Under the pieces are notes generated by a model. The model saw nothing but the letters and a program-made list of their open reading frames with translations. It was not told the DNA's origin and ran no database searches. The position numbers and the translations under genes were made by a program. Shown here piece after piece: positions 1-9,548 of a stretch of 64,000 bases of DNA. The stretch spans positions 64,001-128,000 of IMG/VR virus record IMGVR_UViG_3300043418_000120. One strand, given 5' to 3'. This DNA comes from a virus. The first letter of the stretch is position 1; each line of letters opens with the position of its first letter.

Positions 1-213
1 GGTTTCAACGAAGATATGTTCTTTCCAGTTCAAATGGCTGGTCATACCGAAATGTTCTTCTTGCCAAACACTATCCGTGTGAAGGATGAGACTCTTGAGG
101 AAGCGATGGGTAACTTGACAGCAAACCAAATTGCTAAGAAGTTCTCTAAGCATGTGGGTGGTAAGAAGACCTCTCGCATTTTGTTAAACCGTTTTGTTCA
201 GGCTGTTGCATAA
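1..213 (+). CDS. C-terminal end of a CobT-like/VWA partner of the CobS ATPase (truncated by window)
   Basis: C-terminus KKFSKHVGGKKTSRILLNRFVQAVA resembles T4-like phage CobT/VWA C-termini; CobS lies 2 kb downstream. Confidence 0.5.
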   Translation, partial: GFNEDMFFPVQMAGHTEMFFLPNTIRVKDETLEEAMGNLTANQIAKKFSKHVGGKKTSRILLNRFVQAVA

Positions 214-575
214 TGAAACCACATTTACACGGGAGGATCCATGCCAAAAAGTATGGCGGAAAATCGGAAGACTACGCCGACATCGACGACTTTATCGATT
301 CATCCAAGTGCGCTGTCCCAGACGTTCGTCATCGGGCCATCCTGCACTCAGCTTTCGGATGCTTTATTGTTGAACGGATGTTCGGTCGTACGCGATTTAA
401 CTCCGACGGACGTGAGTATAGTCCACGCGATATCGCCGAAGACCACATCCTTCAAGACCTCGGTTTCATACCAACAATGGAACAGTACTTGAACAACATG
501 ACCATTCAGCCTTGGATGAGTGGTACTGAAAAGAAGAACCAAGTGACACGTAAACATATAAGTTTAGAGGATTAA
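213..575 (+). CDS. Conserved phage protein (DUF6915-like)
   Basis: HxxxHAKKYGG..DY..IDDFIDSSK...RHRAILH pattern. Confidence 0.6.
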   Translation: MKPHLHGRIHAKKYGGKSEDYADIDDFIDSSKCAVPDVRHRAILHSAFGCFIVERMFGRTRFNSDGREYSPRDIAEDHILQDLGFIPTMEQYLNNMTIQPWMSGTEKKNQVTRKHISLED

Positions 576-578
576 ATT

Positions 579-971
579 ATGGGAAAACTGGCTACAGTTA
601 TTGAAGCTCCAATCAAGGGAGCATTGGGTACGGAAGTTAATGTGGGTGACACCGTTATGGTTGTTACTACTGGCTATTCGCATAACGTGAGTGTCAAGAA
701 GGGTATTTACAAAGGCTACATCAAGGGCAGCTACTACCCTCAGCGAGCTCGCGTTGAAGTTGAGTGCATGCGCAAGGTTCAGGTGAAGCCTGATGGTACT
801 GTGTTTAGTTGGTCAAAGGATTATAACTCTGCTACATGGGAAGACGTTCGCAAGACTCTTACTTGGCGAGAAGAACTCTTTATCCACAAGACTACTTTGA
901 ATTTGAACCGCATCGCATCTATCACTGCTGCTGAAGCTGAAACAGTTACTAAAATTGGGAAGCTCGTATAA
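579..971 (+). CDS. Hypothetical protein
   Basis: ORF with GAGGA RBS, tightly packed. Confidence 0.75.
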   Translation: MGKLATVIEAPIKGALGTEVNVGDTVMVVTTGYSHNVSVKKGIYKGYIKGSYYPQRARVEVECMRKVQVKPDGTVFSWSKDYNSATWEDVRKTLTWREELFIHKTTLNLNRIASITAAEAETVTKIGKLV

Positions 972-1279
972 TGGGATACTATACTGATTTTGAATTGACA
1001 GTTGTTGAAGGCGACCCTGATCTTGAGAAGGTTGCTGAACGATTGGCTACGATTAGCACTTATGATTGGGACACTGACTTTTTCTTGAACGCGAAGTGGT
1101 ATGACTTCAATCTAGACATGAAGAAGTTGAGTGAGGAGTTTCCTGATGTTCTATTCTGCCTAGAAGGTAAGGGTGAAGAGAATGGAGATCTCTGGATGGC
1201 ATATTACAAGAACGGTAAGAGTCAAATGTGCCCAGCTGTAGTTACATATGAACCGTATGATGAAAGTAAATTGAAATGA
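971..1279 (+). CDS. Hypothetical phage protein
   Basis: TAATG coupling; MGYYTDF..KWYD..DM..LS..FPDVLFCLEGKGEE family pattern. Confidence 0.75.
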   Translation: MGYYTDFELTVVEGDPDLEKVAERLATISTYDWDTDFFLNAKWYDFNLDMKKLSEEFPDVLFCLEGKGEENGDLWMAYYKNGKSQMCPAVVTYEPYDESKLK

Positions 1280-1686
1280 GTATTATCAAAAAAGGTTACC
1301 GAATCACAGTAACATCTTGGGAAAACGATGCTGACAACTACAACACTCTCTCGCGCGATGGGCTCGACGAGAAGGTAGTTGAGGGCTACGTAGAAATGTT
1401 GAAGTTGCTGAAAGGCAGCTACTGTAACAACAAAAATGTTTTTGGTAACCTATACGAACCTCGCGATCACGAAGTTGCTGAGTTTGAAGCTGCCATCCGC
1501 CCAATTATGGATAAGCATGGCATTGAGTATGATGACGAGTATCCAACAGACGCCTTCTGCGATATCGTTAGTGAGTTCACAGGTTACGGAGAAGGTTATA
1601 TGACACGAGTTGTTGAAAAACTCGTTGTTGAGTATGTGCCAGAAGACATTATCATTGAAGACGTTTCTAAAAAATTTGGAGTATAA
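1276..1686 (+). CDS. Hypothetical phage protein
   Basis: ATGA overlap; SWENDADNY motif. Confidence 0.75.
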   Translation: MSIIKKGYRITVTSWENDADNYNTLSRDGLDEKVVEGYVEMLKLLKGSYCNNKNVFGNLYEPRDHEVAEFEAAIRPIMDKHGIEYDDEYPTDAFCDIVSEFTGYGEGYMTRVVEKLVVEYVPEDIIIEDVSKKFGV

Positions 1687-1688
1687 AC

Positions 1689-2204
1689 ATGAACGATAAA
1701 ATTCAAACCCGTTTTGATCAACTAATCAGCGATCAAGCTGCGTTGCAACGCAAATTCCAAGAACAAGCTCAGACTATGTTCAAAGAAATCACTAAAGAGT
1801 TCTTCGACAAGAATCCAGGCATCACTGGTGTTGTTTGGACACAGTATACACCATACTTTAACGATGGCGATACTTGCGAGTTTGGTGTGAACGAACCTAC
1901 TTTCACCAACGCACCAGTTGATGAGATGAGCGAAGTTCGCTGGGGTGAGTATGAAGGTGAAACTGATGGTGTGTGGGCATGCGAGAACATCCATTCTGTT
2001 CTTGAGAGTGACCGTGACTACTACAAGGAAACTGCAGATGCCATTCGTGCGGCTGGTGGTGTTGATCCAGAGTCATGTCGTCTTATGGCAACTGCCATCG
2101 GTTCGAGCGACATGGAAAATGTCATGAAAGCCATGTTCGGCGACCACGTAAAGGTTATCGCTACACGCGAAGGCTTCGATGTGGACGACTACGACCATGA
2201 CTAA
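1689..2204 (+). CDS. Hypothetical phage protein
   Basis: WTQYTPYFNDGDTCEF motif common in phage hypotheticals. Confidence 0.75.
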   Translation: MNDKIQTRFDQLISDQAALQRKFQEQAQTMFKEITKEFFDKNPGITGVVWTQYTPYFNDGDTCEFGVNEPTFTNAPVDEMSEVRWGEYEGETDGVWACENIHSVLESDRDYYKETADAIRAAGGVDPESCRLMATAIGSSDMENVMKAMFGDHVKVIATREGFDVDDYDHD

Positions 2205-2222
2205 AAAGTAAACCAAAAGGTT

Positions 2223-2245
2223 TAACCCTACTGCCAGTAGGGTTA
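2223..2245. repeat. 23-bp palindrome TAACCCTAC-N5-GTAGGGTTA (copy 1 of 5)
   Basis: Perfect 9-bp inverted repeat 12 nt upstream of a -35 box. Confidence 0.8.
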
Positions 2246-2257
2246 TTCCGAAAAGTA

Positions 2258-2286
2258 TTGACATTTATTGGGTTTTAACGTATAAT
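2258..2286 (+). promoter_or_regulatory. Sigma70-type early promoter
   Basis: TTGACA-17-TATAAT. Confidence 0.9.
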
Positions 2287-2319
2287 TACTCTATTGTGAT
2301 TGAAAACCAAGGATATATT

Positions 2320-3456
2320 ATGAATCAAGAGTCTTTTGAGGCGAAACTGCTCGCCATGTTCCCTGAAGTCGTCGATGCTGGCGTTGTTTCTCGTGCTCAG
2401 ATCGCTTCAACCATGGAAGAGCTCGGTACTACGAAATGGCCAACATGGTTGATGGCTGAGAAGGTTGGTCGTGGCTTATATGCCATCAGCGGAAATACAG
2501 CCCGAAAGCCTGTTGAGGAAGAAGTTGAAGTGAGTGCTCCAAAATCTGTTTATGTGACCGAAGCTACGGTTGCGCCACCTGTCGTTGACCCCAACTATGT
2601 TGCTTGGGGCAACCACGCCGACGTTGATGCTATCGTCAAGTCAAAATTATTCCACCCCATCTACATTACAGGTCCAACTGGTAACGGTAAATCTACCATG
2701 GTTGAGCAAATTTGCGCAAAGGCCAAGGTTGCTCTCATCCGTGTGAACTTGAACAGCACTGATGACGAAGATAAACTGATCGCATCTAAGACTTTGGTTG
2801 ACGGTAACGTGGTGATTGAAGACGGTCCAGTTGTTGTTGCGATGCGTAAGGGCATCCCAATCCTGATTGATGAGATTGACGCTGGTGGCGCAAACCTTTT
2901 GATGTGTTTGCAAGGCGTCTTGGAGGGCAAACCTCTCTACATCAAGTCTAAAAACGAAATTGTTTACCCAACCAAGGGTTTTAATGTGATTGCGACCGCA
3001 AACACGAAGGGTAAGGGCTCTGACGATGGTCGTTACATCGGCACAAACGTCCTGAACGAAGCCTTTCTTGAGCGTTTCGCCATTGTGTTTGAGCAAGAGT
3101 ATCCAGGCTCTAAAATTGAGTCTAAAATCGTCACAAACCTGATGAAAAGCCTGAATTGTATGGATGGCGAGTTTACCGCTGTCCTGATCAAGTGGGCTGA
3201 TGCGATCCGTCGCACTTTCGAGGACGGTGGTGTCGATGAAACGATTACGACTCGTCGTTTGGTTCACATTGTGAAGAACTTTGCGATCTACAAAGACAAG
3301 CGTAAGTCCGTCCAATTGGCTGTAAACCGATTTGACGCCCATACGAAGGAAGCATTCCTAGATTTGTTCGACAAGGTCTCTGCAGAGCCTACAGCGGCTC
3401 CTGCAGTCCCTGTAAGCTACGAAATTGCCGAAGATCGAGGCGAAGTTCCCTTCTAA
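2320..3456 (+). CDS. cobS: CobS/MoxR-type AAA+ ATPase
   Basis: Walker A GPTGNGKS, Walker B LIDEID, ATANTKGKG, NEAFLERF, TTRRLVHI. Confidence 0.9.
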   Translation: MNQESFEAKLLAMFPEVVDAGVVSRAQIASTMEELGTTKWPTWLMAEKVGRGLYAISGNTARKPVEEEVEVSAPKSVYVTEATVAPPVVDPNYVAWGNHADVDAIVKSKLFHPIYITGPTGNGKSTMVEQICAKAKVALIRVNLNSTDDEDKLIASKTLVDGNVVIEDGPVVVAMRKGIPILIDEIDAGGANLLMCLQGVLEGKPLYIKSKNEIVYPTKGFNVIATANTKGKGSDDGRYIGTNVLNEAFLERFAIVFEQEYPGSKIESKIVTNLMKSLNCMDGEFTAVLIKWADAIRRTFEDGGVDETITTRRLVHIVKNFAIYKDKRKSVQLAVNRFDAHTKEAFLDLFDKVSAEPTAAPAVPVSYEIAEDRGEVPF

Positions 3457-3461
3457 AATGC

Positions 3462-3490
3462 TTGACATTATACCTGAATTCAGGTATAAT
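3462..3490 (+). promoter_or_regulatory. Sigma70-type early promoter
   Basis: TTGACA-17-TATAAT. Confidence 0.9.
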
Positions 3491-3528
3491 TACTTGTAAA
3501 CTTGAAAACCTCTCAAAGGAAATATACT

Positions 3529-3924
3529 ATGTTGAAATATGCTGACCTGACCAAAGCCCAAAAGCGTTTCGTTGATGCCGTCCTCGCCGAATTCCCAGCC
3601 GTTGCTGAGACTGGCCAAGTGTCGCGTAAGGAACTTGAGTCCATTTACTGGACTTTGAATGACCTGCGCGCACAAGGTGGTGAGAAAGTTGGTTTTCCGA
3701 ACTGGTTGACTGGCCCAAATAAGGTTGCTCGCGGTGTGTTCGCAATGCCAATGCCTGAAACACAAGCAAAGAAGGCTAAGAAAGCTGTTGCGAAAGAAAA
3801 GGCTGCGTTCGAAGCAATCATCGACGAGACTCCGATTCTCGACAGCACAGATTATTCAGACTACGATGCTGAACAAGAAGAAGTTTTGAATGCTGCTCGC
3901 GAATGCGCTGGCTTTGAAGACTAA
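3529..3924 (+). CDS. Hypothetical early protein; N-terminal part resembles the CobS N-terminal extension
   Basis: PNWL..NKVARGVF versus PTWL..EKVGRGLY in CobS. Confidence 0.7.
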   Translation: MLKYADLTKAQKRFVDAVLAEFPAVAETGQVSRKELESIYWTLNDLRAQGGEKVGFPNWLTGPNKVARGVFAMPMPETQAKKAKKAVAKEKAAFEAIIDETPILDSTDYSDYDAEQEEVLNAARECAGFED

Positions 3925-4009
3925 GAAATAAATTTTGAGGGAAGGATGCGTGTGGTCACCAGCGCATCCATATTCCCATTTGTAGGTGACGTTATTTTAT
4001 GGAGTTACG

Positions 4010-4273
4010 ATGAGTAAAACTGCTAAATTGGTTCAATCTTTTCAAAATGGCAACGAGTTCACTGCTAAGCAAATCTCGGGATCTTTTGGTTTTAAGAATC
4101 CAGGACGTGCTGTTCATTACCTGCGTTCGCAAGGGTATTGCATCTACAGCAACCCAGTGACCTTGAGCACTGGTGAGACAGTTGTGAAGTATCGTTTGGG
4201 TAAGCCAAGCAAGCGTATGGTTGCCATTGCCAACGCCGTGTTGGGCGCATCTGCGTTCTCGCGCACAGCCTAA
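4010..4273 (+). CDS. Small basic protein, probable winged-helix DNA-binding protein
   Basis: FTAKQI...NP.RAVHYLRSQGYCIY...YRLG pattern; GGAG RBS. Confidence 0.6.
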   Translation: MSKTAKLVQSFQNGNEFTAKQISGSFGFKNPGRAVHYLRSQGYCIYSNPVTLSTGETVVKYRLGKPSKRMVAIANAVLGASAFSRTA

Positions 4274-4318
4274 TGGGACAGGGCTGGTGCAATGCCAGCC
4301 CATTTTCTTGGAGAATAT

Positions 4319-4672
4319 ATGGCAACTCGCAGAATCAATCTAGACAAAGTCAAAGCATCGCAAGAAGCTACGACTGGTGGTCGCAAATTTGATGGTGGTA
4401 AACTTATGTACGGTTTGCTGCCTCCACTCGCGCTCGAGGAAACTGTAAAGGTTTTGACCTTCGGCGCTGAGAAGTACGAGCCTGACAACTGGAAATATGT
4501 TCCAGATTCGAAGCGTCGTTACTATGATGCCCTACAGAGACACCTCTGGGCTTACAAACGTGGTGAGCAACTTGATCCAGAGTCAGGTATCCATCACTTG
4601 GCACACGCAATGTGTTGCTTGATGTTCTTGTATGAACACGATGTTAAATACTCTTTGGAGGAATCCAAATAA
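4319..4672 (+). CDS. dATP/dGTP diphosphohydrolase-domain protein (DUF5664-like)
   Basis: KFDGGK..LLP...GAEKY..DNW...YYDAL.RHL...DPESG.HHLAHA. Confidence 0.85.
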   Translation: MATRRINLDKVKASQEATTGGRKFDGGKLMYGLLPPLALEETVKVLTFGAEKYEPDNWKYVPDSKRRYYDALQRHLWAYKRGEQLDPESGIHHLAHAMCCLMFLYEHDVKYSLEESK

Positions 4673-4693
4673 TCACTTAACCGAGGAGAGCAT

Positions 4694-4951
4694 ATGTCGC
4701 ACGAATTTGACAAAGAACAACACTCTAAACGTATCCATCAAAAGGAAACGGTACTCGAGAAGAAGATGAGACTCGCGAAAGAGTTTCGTCATGAACATGC
4801 CCTAAAGAATCCACATCGATATCATAAGGCTTCGCTGTTTAACTGCGGTGATGCAAACTGTGTGATGTGTATGAATCCTCGTAAAGCATTTGGAGAAAAG
4901 ACAATGCAAGAACGTAAGTTCGAGCAGACAACAAAGTGGACAGATGAGTAA
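4694..4951 (+). CDS. Hypothetical protein with Cys cluster
   Basis: CGDANCVMCMNPRK. Confidence 0.7.
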   Translation: MSHEFDKEQHSKRIHQKETVLEKKMRLAKEFRHEHALKNPHRYHKASLFNCGDANCVMCMNPRKAFGEKTMQERKFEQTTKWTDE

Positions 4952-5501
4952 CTTTATTTTTATTGAGCGCAATATTGATGTAGCACCAATCCTGAAACAG
5001 GTTTTAGATAACCCGCAGGATTGGTCTGCTGTTTCGGAGTATGAGAGTATTGGTGGTGATCATAAACCACCTGGATTCTTGCCTCTAATTATGGCGGTCG
5101 TTGAACCCAACGCCGATCCTAAAAATGCCGAAGCACTTCAACAAACACCTCTGTTCAACAAGTATGATCAGGTGTTGCGTTTTATTGCGTCAAGAGGAAT
5201 TAAGAAACTCGCACGAGCAGCCTTCTTCAAGTTGGCTGTTGGTGCTTCTGTCACTCGTCACATCGACGAAGGAACTTACTACTTGACTAAAGATAGATAC
5301 CACTTGTCCTTACAAGGTAGGTATCTATACGAAGTTGATGGTGAGGAACATATTATTGAGCCAGGAACATTTTTCTGGTTTGATAATAAGAAGTATCATC
5401 GGGCAGTTAATATTTCTCCCGATACTGATAGGATTACGTTTGTGTTTGACTCGCATCACTCGCCGACTAATCCGCATCATTTAGTGAAAGATTTATTATG
5501 A
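4944..5501 (+). CDS. Aspartyl/asparaginyl beta-hydroxylase-like 2OG-Fe(II) dioxygenase
   Basis: HID, RYHL, WFDNKKYH, DRI.FVFD. Confidence 0.8.
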   Translation: MSNFIFIERNIDVAPILKQVLDNPQDWSAVSEYESIGGDHKPPGFLPLIMAVVEPNADPKNAEALQQTPLFNKYDQVLRFIASRGIKKLARAAFFKLAVGASVTRHIDEGTYYLTKDRYHLSLQGRYLYEVDGEEHIIEPGTFFWFDNKKYHRAVNISPDTDRITFVFDSHHSPTNPHHLVKDLL

Positions 5502-5689
5502 GTGGGCTTGGTTTTATTGCACCAGAAGAAGATGGCGAATGTGAATTGTGCGGTAAGGTTGATGAACTTCGCCCTTATGGTCCAAATTATGAGCGTATCT
5601 GTTTTGATTGTGGAATGAAGAATGAAGAACTCAGCCGTCAACGTGCTGCTGAGTATATTTTTGGTATACCGAAAGTGAGATTACAATGA
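5498..5689 (+). CDS. Small zinc-finger protein
   Basis: CELC...RPYGP...ICFDC. Confidence 0.7.
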   Translation: MSGLGFIAPEEDGECELCGKVDELRPYGPNYERICFDCGMKNEELSRQRAAEYIFGIPKVRLQ

Positions 5690-6183
5690 TTATTGAAGCG
5701 TTGCTGTTGATTGCAGCATTATTTCTTATCGCAGGCATTATTGGTGTCATGCATAAGCGCAAGAAGGCTAAGAAAGCCGCTGAACACGCAGAACTTATGG
5801 AACGATTGGAAGCAGCTAATCGTAAAGAACGCGAGCGTCGCAAAACTTTACGTATGACAATGCCAGCGCCTTATGGCTCAGCGCCACGTGTAACTGAGAC
5901 ACGTGCTCACCAGAACCGTTACTCGGATCGCCGTGTTGCCGATGACGATACAGATATGATGGCTGCAATGATGATTCAGAATGCTATCAGCCAAGCTAAT
6001 ACGCCAGTCTACGTATCTTCGACACCAGAATATGACAACTCGAGTATTTCGAGTAGCACTTCTTACGGTTACAGCTCGCCTTCAAGCGAAACCTGTTCGC
6101 GTTCGAGTAGCTCGTCGAGCTACGATAGTTCTTCGAGCTACAGCTCCAGCGATTCTGGTAGCAGCAGTTCGTTTAGTGACTAA
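5686..6183 (+). CDS. Membrane-anchored protein with Ser-rich tail
   Basis: N-terminal hydrophobic helix; SSSYDSSS low-complexity C-terminus. Confidence 0.7.
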   Translation: MIIEALLLIAALFLIAGIIGVMHKRKKAKKAAEHAELMERLEAANRKERERRKTLRMTMPAPYGSAPRVTETRAHQNRYSDRRVADDDTDMMAAMMIQNAISQANTPVYVSSTPEYDNSSISSSTSYGYSSPSSETCSRSSSSSSYDSSSSYSSSDSGSSSSFSD

Positions 6184-6190
6184 AATAAAT

Positions 6191-6219
6191 TTGACAAATA
6201 CACACAGACACGGTATAAT
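6191..6219 (+). promoter_or_regulatory. Sigma70-type promoter for replication genes
   Basis: TTGACA-17-TATAAT. Confidence 0.9.
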
Positions 6220-6260
6220 ACCTATACATATTGATATATCATTAACAGGAGAATTGAATA

Positions 6261-6920
6261 ATGAAATTGAGTAAAGAAACCCAAGAGATTTTTAAGAACT
6301 TCGCTCACATCAATGCGAATTTGATGTTGCGTACAGGTAATAAAATTTCTACTTGGACTGAGAACAAGACGATTATCGCAGATGTGACTCTGCCTGAAAC
6401 ATTCCCACAAGACTTTGGCATCTATGATGTTAACGAATTCTTGGGTGTATTGAGCTTGTTCAACGACCCAGAGTTGACCTTCAACAACGACGTAGTTGTT
6501 ATCAAGGAAGGTAAGAACCAAATCAAGTACAAGGCAGCTGAGGAATCTACTTTGAAGACTCCAACAAAATCAATCGTGTTCCCAGAAGCAGAAATCAATT
6601 TCTCTTTGACAGCTGGCGATCTTCAACACATCATCAAGTCTGCTGGTATCCTGAAAGTCAATGACGTTTCGTTCATCGGCGATGGCAATACTTTGACAGC
6701 TTTGGTTGTTGACAAGAAGAACCCATTGACAAACAAATTTGAAATTGATGTTGGTACTACCGATCGCACTTTCACTGCCAACATGAAGATTGAGAACTTC
6801 AAGATGTTGCCAGGAGCATACGATGTTTCTATCGCTCGTATGAAAATCTGTCGCTTTAAAGCAACAACAAGCTCGTTGGTTTACTACGTTGCGGTTGAGT
6901 CTGATTCTACATCAGAATAA
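6261..6920 (+). CDS. gp45: Sliding clamp
   Basis: MKLSKET..IFKNFA.IN, FGIYD.NEFL, YYVAVE; position before the clamp loader. Confidence 0.95.
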   Translation: MKLSKETQEIFKNFAHINANLMLRTGNKISTWTENKTIIADVTLPETFPQDFGIYDVNEFLGVLSLFNDPELTFNNDVVVIKEGKNQIKYKAAEESTLKTPTKSIVFPEAEINFSLTAGDLQHIIKSAGILKVNDVSFIGDGNTLTALVVDKKNPLTNKFEIDVGTTDRTFTANMKIENFKMLPGAYDVSIARMKICRFKATTSSLVYYVAVESDSTSE

Positions 6921-6936
6921 ATAGACTGCTCATATT

Positions 6937-7215
6937 ATGAAGACCGTGAAAGAACTCGACGGTCGGCTCTGGCGTGAGCCGATCCTCGATGTATGGAATA
7001 CAACTCTTTTTGGTAAACAGTTGAAGACTTTCGTTTGCAGAACTTGTAAAGAGAAAGCCTACGTGTCCGAAGCGTATAAGTGCTCAACACGCAAGAGTGG
7101 TTACCGTCCTTACCATGCTTCATGCTGGAATAAGTACAACGGCAAATCGTTCTCGCGTTTGTTTGAAACACCAAAAGAGCCAGAACCAGTGGCTACCCTT
7201 GATTATTTTATTTGA
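6937..7215 (+). CDS. Small Cys/His protein with C-terminal clamp-binding-like motif
   Basis: CRTC...HASC; ends TLDYFI. Confidence 0.65.
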   Translation: MKTVKELDGRLWREPILDVWNTTLFGKQLKTFVCRTCKEKAYVSEAYKCSTRKSGYRPYHASCWNKYNGKSFSRLFETPKEPEPVATLDYFI

Positions 7216-7226
7216 AAGATTATACT

Positions 7227-8168
7227 ATGAGTCGCGAAGAATTTCTGTGGTGCGAAAAGTATCGCCCACAAACCATTGATGATTGTATCTTGCCTCAACA
7301 GGTCAAGGACACATTTAAGCAGTATATCCAAGGTGGACAACTGCCAAACTTTATCTTTTCAGGAAGTGCTGGCGTAGGTAAAACTACGGTGGCTCGTGCG
7401 TTGTGTAACGAACTCAGCGCGGATTACTTGTTTATCAACGGTTCAGAAGAAAGAGGTATCGATGTCCTGCGTACAAAAATCAAGAGCTTTGCCTCGTCTG
7501 TTAGTCTCACCGAATCAGGTGTCAAAGTCGTCATCCTCGACGAAGCCGACTACCTTACCCCAGACACCCAAGCAGCTTTGCGCGCTTTTATCGAAGAATT
7601 TTCTAACAACTGTCGATTCATCCTTACTTGTAACTTCAAGAACCGAATCATCGCACCTTTACACAGCCGATGCGCTGTAATCGACTTCAAAATCGAGAGT
7701 AAAGACAAACCTAAGATCGCAGCATCATTCTATCGCCGTGTCGTTGACATTTTGGCCAAGGAATCCGTTGAAGCTGATCAAAAGGTCGTTGCGAAGGTTG
7801 TAGAGACGTTTTTCCCCGATTTTCGTCGCGTTTTGAACGAACTTCAGCGTTACAGCGTATCAGGTCAAATTGATGCTGGTATTCTGGCTAATATGTCTGA
7901 TGAGTCTATGAAGGAACTTGTGGGCTACTTGAAAGAGGCTGACTTCAGCGCGGCACGCAAGTGGGTTGCTCGTAACTCCGACATTGACACTTCTGTATTG
8001 TTCCGTCGTCTATATGACACAGCTTCTGACTTCTTAGAAACACAATCTGTCCCAGTGATGATTGTTATTTTAGCTGACTACCAGTATAAGGCTGCTTTTG
8101 TTGCCGATGCTGAAGTCAATAACGTAGCTGCGTTGACTGAGATTATGATGCAATGTAAATTCAAGTGA
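7227..8168 (+). CDS. gp44: Clamp loader large subunit
   Basis: EKYRP, GSAGVGKTT, LDEAD, LHSRC. Confidence 0.97.
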   Translation: MSREEFLWCEKYRPQTIDDCILPQQVKDTFKQYIQGGQLPNFIFSGSAGVGKTTVARALCNELSADYLFINGSEERGIDVLRTKIKSFASSVSLTESGVKVVILDEADYLTPDTQAALRAFIEEFSNNCRFILTCNFKNRIIAPLHSRCAVIDFKIESKDKPKIAASFYRRVVDILAKESVEADQKVVAKVVETFFPDFRRVLNELQRYSVSGQIDAGILANMSDESMKELVGYLKEADFSAARKWVARNSDIDTSVLFRRLYDTASDFLETQSVPVMIVILADYQYKAAFVADAEVNNVAALTEIMMQCKFK

Positions 8169-8175
8169 GGTTGTC

Positions 8176-8559
8176 ATGACCCCATTTGACTTTATCAACG
8201 CAATTTGCGAGAACAAGAATAAGGACTTGATCAAAGAGCCACAGGCAGAGAAAGACTACAAGGCATTCATTATCAACCGTGGGCTTGCGTATTATTACGA
8301 TACGGTTCTACAAGCCAACACGATGAATTATCATCACCACATTCCGAAAGATTGGCAATTTTCGTATTTGCTAAATAGCATTACCAAGAAGAAGCGTCGC
8401 ACTGCGTGGGAAAAGAAAGACACAAAGAGCGATCACTTGGAACTCGTTATGCTACACTATGATTATAGTAAGCGTAAAGCAATGGCTGTTCTAGACATTC
8501 TAACAGAAGAGCAATTGGCTATGATAAAACAAAAATACGAAAAAGGTGGAAGAAAATGA
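8176..8559 (+). CDS. gp62: Clamp loader small subunit
   Basis: PFDFINAI, FIINRGLAY, position; ends KGG. Confidence 0.9.
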   Translation: MTPFDFINAICENKNKDLIKEPQAEKDYKAFIINRGLAYYYDTVLQANTMNYHHHIPKDWQFSYLLNSITKKKRRTAWEKKDTKSDHLELVMLHYDYSKRKAMAVLDILTEEQLAMIKQKYEKGGRK

Positions 8560-8975
8560 CTGTTGAGACCGTCTACTATGACTGGACGCCAGAAAGCATG
8601 CTCGAAGTGACTCTCCCTGAACCTGACAATTTCTTAAAGGTTAAGGAAACACTTACGCGCATCGGAATTGCGTCTCGCAAAGAACATAAATTGTACCAGA
8701 GCTGTCACATCCTGCATAAGCAAGGTAGATATTTCCTAGTCCATTTCAAAGAGCTGTTTGCTTTGGATGGTAAGGAATCTAACTTGACTGGCAATGATGT
8801 GGAGCGTAGAAATACCGTTGCGGTGTTGCTTCAGGATTGGGGTCTTTTGAAGATCGTCAATATGGCTGAAGCAGAACCTCAAGCATCTCTGTCGCAAATC
8901 AAAGTGCTATCCTTCAAAGAGAAGCACGAATGGGAACTTGTTCCTAAATATAACATTGGCAAGAAGAAGGCATAA
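8556..8975 (+). CDS. regA: Translational repressor RegA
   Basis: FLKVKETLTRIGIAS, LYQSCHILHKQGRY..VHFKELF. Confidence 0.97.
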   Translation: MTVETVYYDWTPESMLEVTLPEPDNFLKVKETLTRIGIASRKEHKLYQSCHILHKQGRYFLVHFKELFALDGKESNLTGNDVERRNTVAVLLQDWGLLKIVNMAEAEPQASLSQIKVLSFKEKHEWELVPKYNIGKKKA

Positions 8976-8976
8976 T

Positions 8977-9141
8977 ATGAAGACTACTATTGACTTAGAA
9001 TTGAGCCCAGATGAGATTGATACCATTTTGGGTTCTCTTGGTGAACAACCTTACATCAAAGTAAGCGGCGTCATCGAAAAGATCCGAGCTCAAGCTATTC
9101 CACAATGGCAAGAGATCTCAGGCGAAAAACCACAGGAGTAA
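8977..9141 (+). CDS. Hypothetical protein
   Basis: L..LGEQPY..V...I.KIR.QA pattern. Confidence 0.65.
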   Translation: MKTTIDLELSPDEIDTILGSLGEQPYIKVSGVIEKIRAQAIPQWQEISGEKPQE

Positions 9142-9143
9142 GT

Positions 9144-9347
9144 ATGAAAATCGTTTCGATCCTATTGGCAACTGCTTTGCTGGCTTCTCCAGCTTTTGCT
9201 TATGTTGCTCCATCAGCAGCTAAGAAGGCTGCTCCTGCTGACACTACCAAGCACGCTAGTCAGTCCATCAAGGACAAGATTAAGAACAAGAAGTTAGAGA
9301 AGAAACCAGCTAAGAAGGCTGCTCCAGCGAAGAAAGCTGCTAAATAA
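9144..9347 (+). CDS. Secreted Lys/Ala-rich small protein
   Basis: Signal peptide ending AFA; AAKKAAP repeats. Confidence 0.7.
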   Translation: MKIVSILLATALLASPAFAYVAPSAAKKAAPADTTKHASQSIKDKIKNKKLEKKPAKKAAPAKKAAK

Positions 9348-9363
9348 TGATTGACTTGAATCC

Positions 9364-9548
9364 ATACGCTATCTGATCCCCATTCGGGATGGGAACAAGG
9401 TCTGAGGTAACCTTGTTAAACACCTCACTAAATTGTCCCACCTTGGGACCGTTGTCGTCTACGGTATAGGCGTCCGTGCAATTGAACTGACATACGTAAT
9501 TGTCGCTGGATAAAGTAACCAGCAAAACCGCTGTGCCTTACGGGCAGC
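9364..9548 (+). ncRNA. Candidate structured cis-regulatory RNA with pseudoknot upstream of hsp20
   Basis: ORF-free region with several stems; AACAAGGT/ACCTTGTT hairpin whose loop TGAGGT pairs with downstream ACCTCA. Confidence 0.6.

Noticed and set aside
2647-3342. Long antisense ORFs here and elsewhere (e.g. 17355-17900, 38142-38660)
   Set aside because: Shadows of well-supported + strand genes, without RBS or recognisable motifs
4319-4672. Z-genome (2-aminoadenine) pathway
   Set aside because: No PurZ in the window; this domain alone is widespread
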